Shown: piece after piece, positions 57,966-64,000 of the stretch | Layout of the letters: each line of letters starts with the position of its first letter | Position numbering within the stretch: the stretch's first letter is position 1 | DNA from: Trichodelitschia bisporula | Lineage: Eukaryota | Direction: 5' to 3' | Length of the DNA: 64,000 bases | Assembly (NCBI GenBank): GCA_010356995.1 | Contig: ML996687.1 | Coordinates: 1,117,803 to 1,181,802 of the forward strand | Program-made: the position numbers and the translations under genes | The notes under the pieces: generated by a model | What the model was told of the DNA's origin: nothing | The model's database searches: none | Seen by the model: the letters and a program-made list of their open reading frames with translations, nothing else

Positions 57966-60900
57966 ATGGCCCCACCAGCCGTGGACCAAGTCAACGACCT
58001 CGTCAAGTCCTACGAAAAGCACCCGGAGCAAGGTCTAAAGGCAATCAAGAAGCGCCTCGCCAAGGACGCGCGCAATCCCGTTCTTCTCGTCTGTTCCCCT
58101 GAGAAAAACTTGCCCACAGCCACTAACCAACTCCAGATTGCGCAAGCGAAGCTCTTGCTCCGCCTCGGCCGCCCGGACGATGCCCTGACGTCGCTGCAGC
58201 AAATCGTCCCCACCAAGCCACCCGCCGAACCGATCGATGTGCAGCTTGTAGCTGAGGTTATGGGCACGATGGTGCAGGCGGAGCGCGACCACGGTACGTA
58301 TAAGCACATCGCGGGGCCGCATGTGTGGGCGCTGTGGGCGGATATTCTCGACCGGCGCCCGAAGACGCGGGATGTGCGAAACTCGATTGTGTCTATGGCG
58401 GCCGAGGATGGGTACTGGGATGTGGCGCAGCAGGTGAGTGGTGGTAGGAGCTAGGGAAACCGGTGTGTGCTAATGAGGCAAGTTCTACGCGCGCATGCAG
58501 AAGGAGCATCCGAAGGTCGCAGATTTTCACTTCTACTGGGTGGCGTATTCGCAGCTCTTGGGGGCGGTGAAGGAAGATGGCGGCATGATGAAGATGCTTG
58601 CTTCGCGCAGCTTGAAGGCTGCTATCGACAGCGTGAGAGCGAAGAAGGATACGCCTCGTCGTATCCAGAATGAGCAGCATCTTCGGCTACTTACTGCCAT
58701 CTACATGAAGCAAGGCCTGTATGAGGAGCTGGTTGACGTGCTTGTCGACCCTGACATCGGGATTGAATCGCCAGTTGGTAAAAATGATGTTGAGTTCATT
58801 CGCCTTAAGTTGCAAGCTCTAGGAAGACAGGGAAAGTGGCGGGATCTGTACGACTTGCTTCTCAGCGCTCACAAGTCATACTTGGTGGCTCAATCAACCA
58901 ACAGGGCAACAAAGACTGGGGTTCAGAGCCTAAATGAGTGGATAGATTCGTTTAGCATGTGGGACATACTCCTGACAGCGACACAATTTCTCGGGGACGA
59001 AAAGTACGTTGTTGATTGCATTACATGACGGCTTGCTAATATACCAGGGCCAAAGATGAGGTTATAAATCTCCTGCTTAAGTATCTGGAGCACAACGAAC
59101 GCAGCCGCAACCCGGGGATCGCCATGCTCAGGTATCATGTGATATTTGACAAGGCGGACCTCCTACGTTCCTGCGAGAAGTTCTTCGATGTCCACAGTGG
59201 TCATCGGTCGTGCTATGAGGACTTGGTGGATTATGTTCTTGAGCTCCCCGAGCAGCAACGCTCTCAACTCAGTACTCATATCAAGCAAGCGGCGGCCGCG
59301 GTACCCTTAGTTGTGCAGAAATCTCTGCCTTCAAATGGCGAGGACACTGACTCCAAGGACTCCGAGTGCAAGGAGACAGACCCCGAGGGTGAATCTAAGA
59401 TGGCCGATGTGACGGATACTGATTTGGCGAAACTTGAGATCTCTAAGAAGAAGCATGAGGCAAAGCCGGAGAAACCAGAGGTCTATCCCCTGTATTTACT
59501 CGCTTATCCCGACTAACCCTCCAGTCTCTCGCTTTCATTTACACAAACGCGCTGAAGTTCGAATATCTGGTCGGCTTTGCGCCTCTTACCTCGCCTCCTG
59601 CCGACGCCATAAAGGCCTTTGCATCCCGCTGCGCCGCGTATAACCCCCTCATCAAAGAAGCGAACCCGGACGCCGCCGGCGATGCCACACTCCTCGGCAT
59701 CCTCGCGCAGCTCCACCTCGCCTCATCCCTCTCAAGCACCTCCCCGGCCGAAGCAGAAACCCTACGTCTCACCGCGCTGCACACCCTCACCCGCTACCGC
59801 GAGCACGATCCCCACAACTACGAAGGAACACTGCTGCACATCCACCTCACGCTGCTCCTCGGCCTGGTCCCACAAGCGCTAAAGAGCATCGCGCACCTCG
59901 CCCTCCGCGAAATTCAATACGACACCGTCGCCCCCATCTTCTACGCCCGCCTCTCAACCCTCCACCCCCACCCTACACCCCCCTTCCGCACACCCACCAT
60001 CCGCACACCCGAAACCCGCAAATCAGACCCCGCCGCCGCCCTCTCCTTTGCAACGAACTGGCACCCCCTCGCTTCCTTCCAATTCGGCGAGGCCATCGGC
60101 AAGGGCGTCGTGACCTTCGACAAGCTCTTCGAAGTCCTGGATCTCAAGGCGAGCGTTGAGTCCTCCATCTCCCGCGCCATCTTCGCTATCGAACTCCGCC
60201 GCATAGCTAGGCTCCTCGGCCCCTTTGCTGCGGTCGATGATGTGCAGCTCGTCCGCTGGTACGATGTCTCCGATGAGCTTCCCACCGCCAAAACACCTAC
60301 GCTACCGGCTTTCGGCCGACCCCTCGCCGGATGGCCCGAGGACGCCTTCCGTGCGTGCGAGCCGCGCCGCGTATGGGTGGCGTGGATGAGCGCCGTCGAC
60401 ATAGTTGCCTCCGCGCTAACAACCAAAACCCCGGTGTCTCCAACGCATGCGAAGCATCTCGCCGACGCACGGTCCTTCGTCTATGAGAACCAAGATGCTA
60501 AGGAGGAACAACTTAGTGCAGATGAGAAAGCCTCCGAAGCGCTGATGCGCGTCTTTGTCAAGGAAGACCGGAAGGGCACGGGCAATCAATTCAGTGCGGC
60601 GGAGAAGGCAGCTGTTCCGGCGTGGGAGGGGCTAATGCGTGTTGCTGCTGGGCTGGGGTTGGTTGGGGAGACTAGGGGAGTGAAGGATGTGGATGCTGGG
60701 TTTGAGGATCTGGCGGCGTGGCTTAAGGGGGTGAAGATGGAGCCGCGGACCGTTCTGCCTGGGTGGGATGAGTATCAGACTTGGTGGACGGTGCTGGAGG
60801 TGCTCCGCGTGACAGCGCGCGCGTGTGAACTTGCGGCAGTGAAGAAGGTGAAAAAGGTCGAGGCGGTGCGGACAGTGGCACGGGAGGTGGCGCAGGGGAT

Positions 60901-61084
60901 TGTGGATGAGGTTAAAGAGTGGAAGGGGCGGGTTGAGAAGCTCGGTGAGGTTGCTGGGGTGATTATTGAGAGGGGTAGTTGGGCGAAGGATGTAGTTGAG
61001 GGGGCGCTGGATGGAATGAAGGGTGTGGAGGGAGTTGCGAGGGAGGTTCTTGGGCAGCTTCTGGGGGGGAGGGGACGGAAGTGA
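57966..61084 (+). CDS. MDM20: N-terminal acetyltransferase B auxiliary subunit (Mdm20/NAA25), multi-exon
   Basis: TPR-like N-terminus, RIQNEQHLRLL..IY..QG, SCYEDL..Y, DPHNYE, L.LREIQYDT. Confidence 0.8.
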
Positions 61085-61381
61085 GTGTGTTCGGAGAAGG
61101 ACGGATGACATGTAAGCTGAGATTACCGGTATAGTGACGATCTCGGGTTGCTAGATACTGGAGGGCGATATCCACTGCGCTAGATAGGAGAAAATACACG
61201 CGATCAACAATTCGACCGGGGGCGTGACTGCTTGCCTAAAGCGGTAATGTTATGCCGAGCTCGATATCGGAACTCACAAAACGCGGGAACAACTCGCGAT
61301 AACACCCATCTCCGCAGATCCCAATGCAAGACTGCGATAACAGCTCTTGTGATTCCATTCCCATGCCCACATCATCCTCCC

Positions 61382-64000
61382 CTACCCTAGAACCATCTTC
61401 TCCCCAGCCTCCACCCCAAGCACCCCCTCCATCTCCCCGAGTGTAAACTCAACCAAAAAACTCTCATCCCACAAATCCGCCACCCGTCCCCAATGCCTCT
61501 CGCCATACACCCGTAAACCCTCCCAAACCTCCCCCCCCTTCCCAACCTTCGTCCCCGCAAGCCCCTCAACCCCGAAACCCTCCACAAGCGCCCTGAGCAC
61601 CCGATGCGCGACCACCGCCGTCCGCGCCGACGTGCCCCACTCGCGACACCGTCTCACAAGGCGGGCAACCTGCTCAGATGCCAATCCCCTCAGTACATCA
61701 TCCACATCCTTCCTGCCCGTCCAACTCCCCTCCTCCCGTTGCCCCTCAACAACACTCTTAAATAGCCCCAGTAACCGCCCGGGATGATCCAGCGCCAAAG
61801 CCAGCGCAATCGCCTCGCGCCACTGCTGCGCCCTCACGTAGTTCTCGAGCTGCTGCCCCTTCTCCACGCGCTCCGCCGCATGCTCAGCAGCCTTCGCCGC
61901 CGTCGCCGCGCTCGTATCCGCCCAGAACGTGAGTACGCCGTCTCCGGCACCGGAGACTAGCGTCTCGCCCACACCCCCCGGTACGGGCCGGCGTGCAAGC
62001 GCCCACACGCGGTCGGTATGCCCGTCGAGCGTAGCGGCACATTCCCCGCTACTAACATCCCAAATCTTAACCAACCCATCCGCAGCCGCAGACACCACAG
62101 CCGGACCCCTTGTCTCCGTCGGCGGCAGCCAAAGCGCCTTAAGCACACTCCCCGTATGCCCCTCCAGCGTAAGCAAGCACGAAAAGTCGCTGAGCGCCCA
62201 AAGCTTAACCATGCGGTCCGCGCCCGCCGTCGCGACGAAGCCACGCTGAGCACGTGCTTCAGTGCCGGGGAGCGAAATCGTTATACCCGTCGGCGCAAAG
62301 GACGCGCTCCACACGCCGCGCTTGTGGCCGCGGAGGACGCCAACGGTCGAGCCGTCTTCTACGGCCCAGATCTTGACGAGCCGGTCTTGCGAACTCGAGG
62401 CTAGGAGTTGCCCGGTGGGGGCGACGGCTAGCGCATTGATGTCCTTATCGTGCGCCTTGCGGGTGTATGTCGCGCGAGGAACGGGGACGGGCCCGGCCGG
62501 GTCGGTGCGGGGGATGGGCCAGCGCTTGAGGGTTTTGTCCTGGGAGCCGGTGATCAGCCAGGCCGGTGTATGCTCGGCCGGGTTCTTGTAAGCAGGCGTG
62601 TCGGCCGGGGGCGGGGTTTGCGGCAGTGCGACGGCGCCGACGGATTCGGCGTGCCCGGCGAAGGTGGCGTGGCAGGTGAAGGAGTTGCTGGCCGGGTCGA
62701 GGCGCCACAGCCGCGCGGTGTTGTCTTTTGCGCCGGTGGCGAGCCAGTGACCGGACCAGTCGGTTGCGAGGCAGAGGACGATGTCGGTGTGGCCTTTTAG
62801 GGAGGCGACTTCGGCGCCGAAGGGGAGGGATTCGGAGGGTGTGGGTGGCTGGAGGGATATGAGGCGGATGTCTTCTGCGTTGGTGGCGAGGGCGAGGAGA
62901 GAGGCGGAGCGGCCTATGTATGCTACGTCGATGATTTGGCCGTGTGTGCCGGCGGTACGGCGTAGGATCGGGAGTGGGGAGGTGGAGAGAACGGAGGGGG
63001 AAAGGGAGGCGATGGAGTGGTAGACGAGGGTTTGGTCGGCGTGGACGGAAAGCAGATAGGGGAGGTCGGGGTAGTGGATGATCTCGAGGATGCTCTCCGT
63101 GTCCATTCCTGGCTGTTGCTCCGGCGTTAGTTCGCGCGCTGAGGCCAGCGACCAGATGCGGATGCGGCCGTGCTCGCCGCCCGTGTAGATGAGGGTGCCA
63201 CGGTCGAGGAATCCTGCACTTTCGACTTCCTCAAGCACGGGAATCGTGGACCGGATTTTCCACGTGCGGGCGTCCCACACCATGACGGTCTTGTCGCGAC
63301 TACCAGAGAGCAGCGCATTTTCTTCAGGGGAGAAGTCGAGTGTCCGAACCACAGACACATGTGAATCCAGTATGGCTGCAGAGTTGCGCTTGTGGAGGTT
63401 CCAGATGCGGACCTTGCCATCTTCACCACCCGAAGCCAGCCTGTATCCGAGGGTCTCTTCGTTCGTGACCTCTTCTTCCTCCCCCTGCTTTCTCTTCTTC
63501 TTGCACTTCTTAGATTCCTCTTGTGCCTGAGCCGTAACATCGACTTGGAAGAAGCGGAGTGCGGAGATGACGCCGTTGTGGCCATGGAAAGTGTGCGTCA
63601 CATAGCCGCCTATTATATCCCACACCTTGACCACACCGTCCGCGCCACCGGTGGCCAGCAGCGTTCCAGTCTGATCTACGGCCGACACAACTACAGGTGA
63701 GGGATGCGGTTTGAGTGTGCGGAGCACTTGCGTCTCAATCACATCTTCCTCGTCCGACAGCGTGAGCGCATATATGCGCATAGCGAGCGATCGTGAACAT
63801 ATTATCAGATGTGAGGCCGAAGGTGTTACTGGATTGATCAGCAGTGTCCGATCCTGAGGAAGTGCGCGCTCATACTGGCTAATGTGGTACAAATCTCTCC
63901 GTCCTACTACTTCGTCAACACGTCAGACATGACGAGCTAAGCACAGTGACGGCACTCACCCCTTCTATGCGCGCCAATTCATCGCCCGTGCGGGCGTCTG
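61382..64000 (-). CDS. UTP13: U3 snoRNA-associated WD40 protein Utp13/TBL3; 5' end lies outside the window
   Basis: Multiple WD40 repeats (LLATGGADGVVKVWD, AHDKDIN, GHKRGVW) and a C-terminal Utp13 domain (AIALALALDHPGRL). Introns at 63829-63875 and 63904-63959. Confidence 0.95.

Overview
This is a gene-dense window from a filamentous ascomycete (Pezizomycotina), judged from short GT-AG introns with CTRAY branch points. Most of it is a conserved housekeeping backbone: EMP24-type p24 protein, PTH11/rhodopsin-domain membrane protein, biotin synthase, gamma-tubulin complex GCP4, an F-box protein, a CSC1/OSCA channel, PCH2, condensin BRN1, PI4-kinase STT4, eIF3b, a RING E3 ligase, a 2OG-Fe(II) oxygenase-like protein, COX23, NatB subunit MDM20 and UTP13 (cut by the window edge). 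The most unusual part is a ~4.3-kb accessory island at about 20.95-25.2 kb, between GCP4 and the F-box gene. It holds a short, highly structured retroposed fragment with a target-site duplication and a (TAT)n tail. It also holds a Q-rich repeat protein fused to a Tc1-like transposase HTH, followed by an intron-containing decayed transposase remnant. Two (possibly three) paralogous C-x7-C-x10-C-x2-C mini-genes and a second HTH-plus-repeat orphan gene complete the island. Elsewhere there is a stand-alone NLR-type PNP_UDP gene, an orphan Myb/SANT-like protein with a probable GC-AG intron preceded by a spliced small ORF with a myristoylation motif, and several minisatellites. I could not support any tRNA, rRNA or CRISPR feature. 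All family assignments come from motif recognition, not from database searches.
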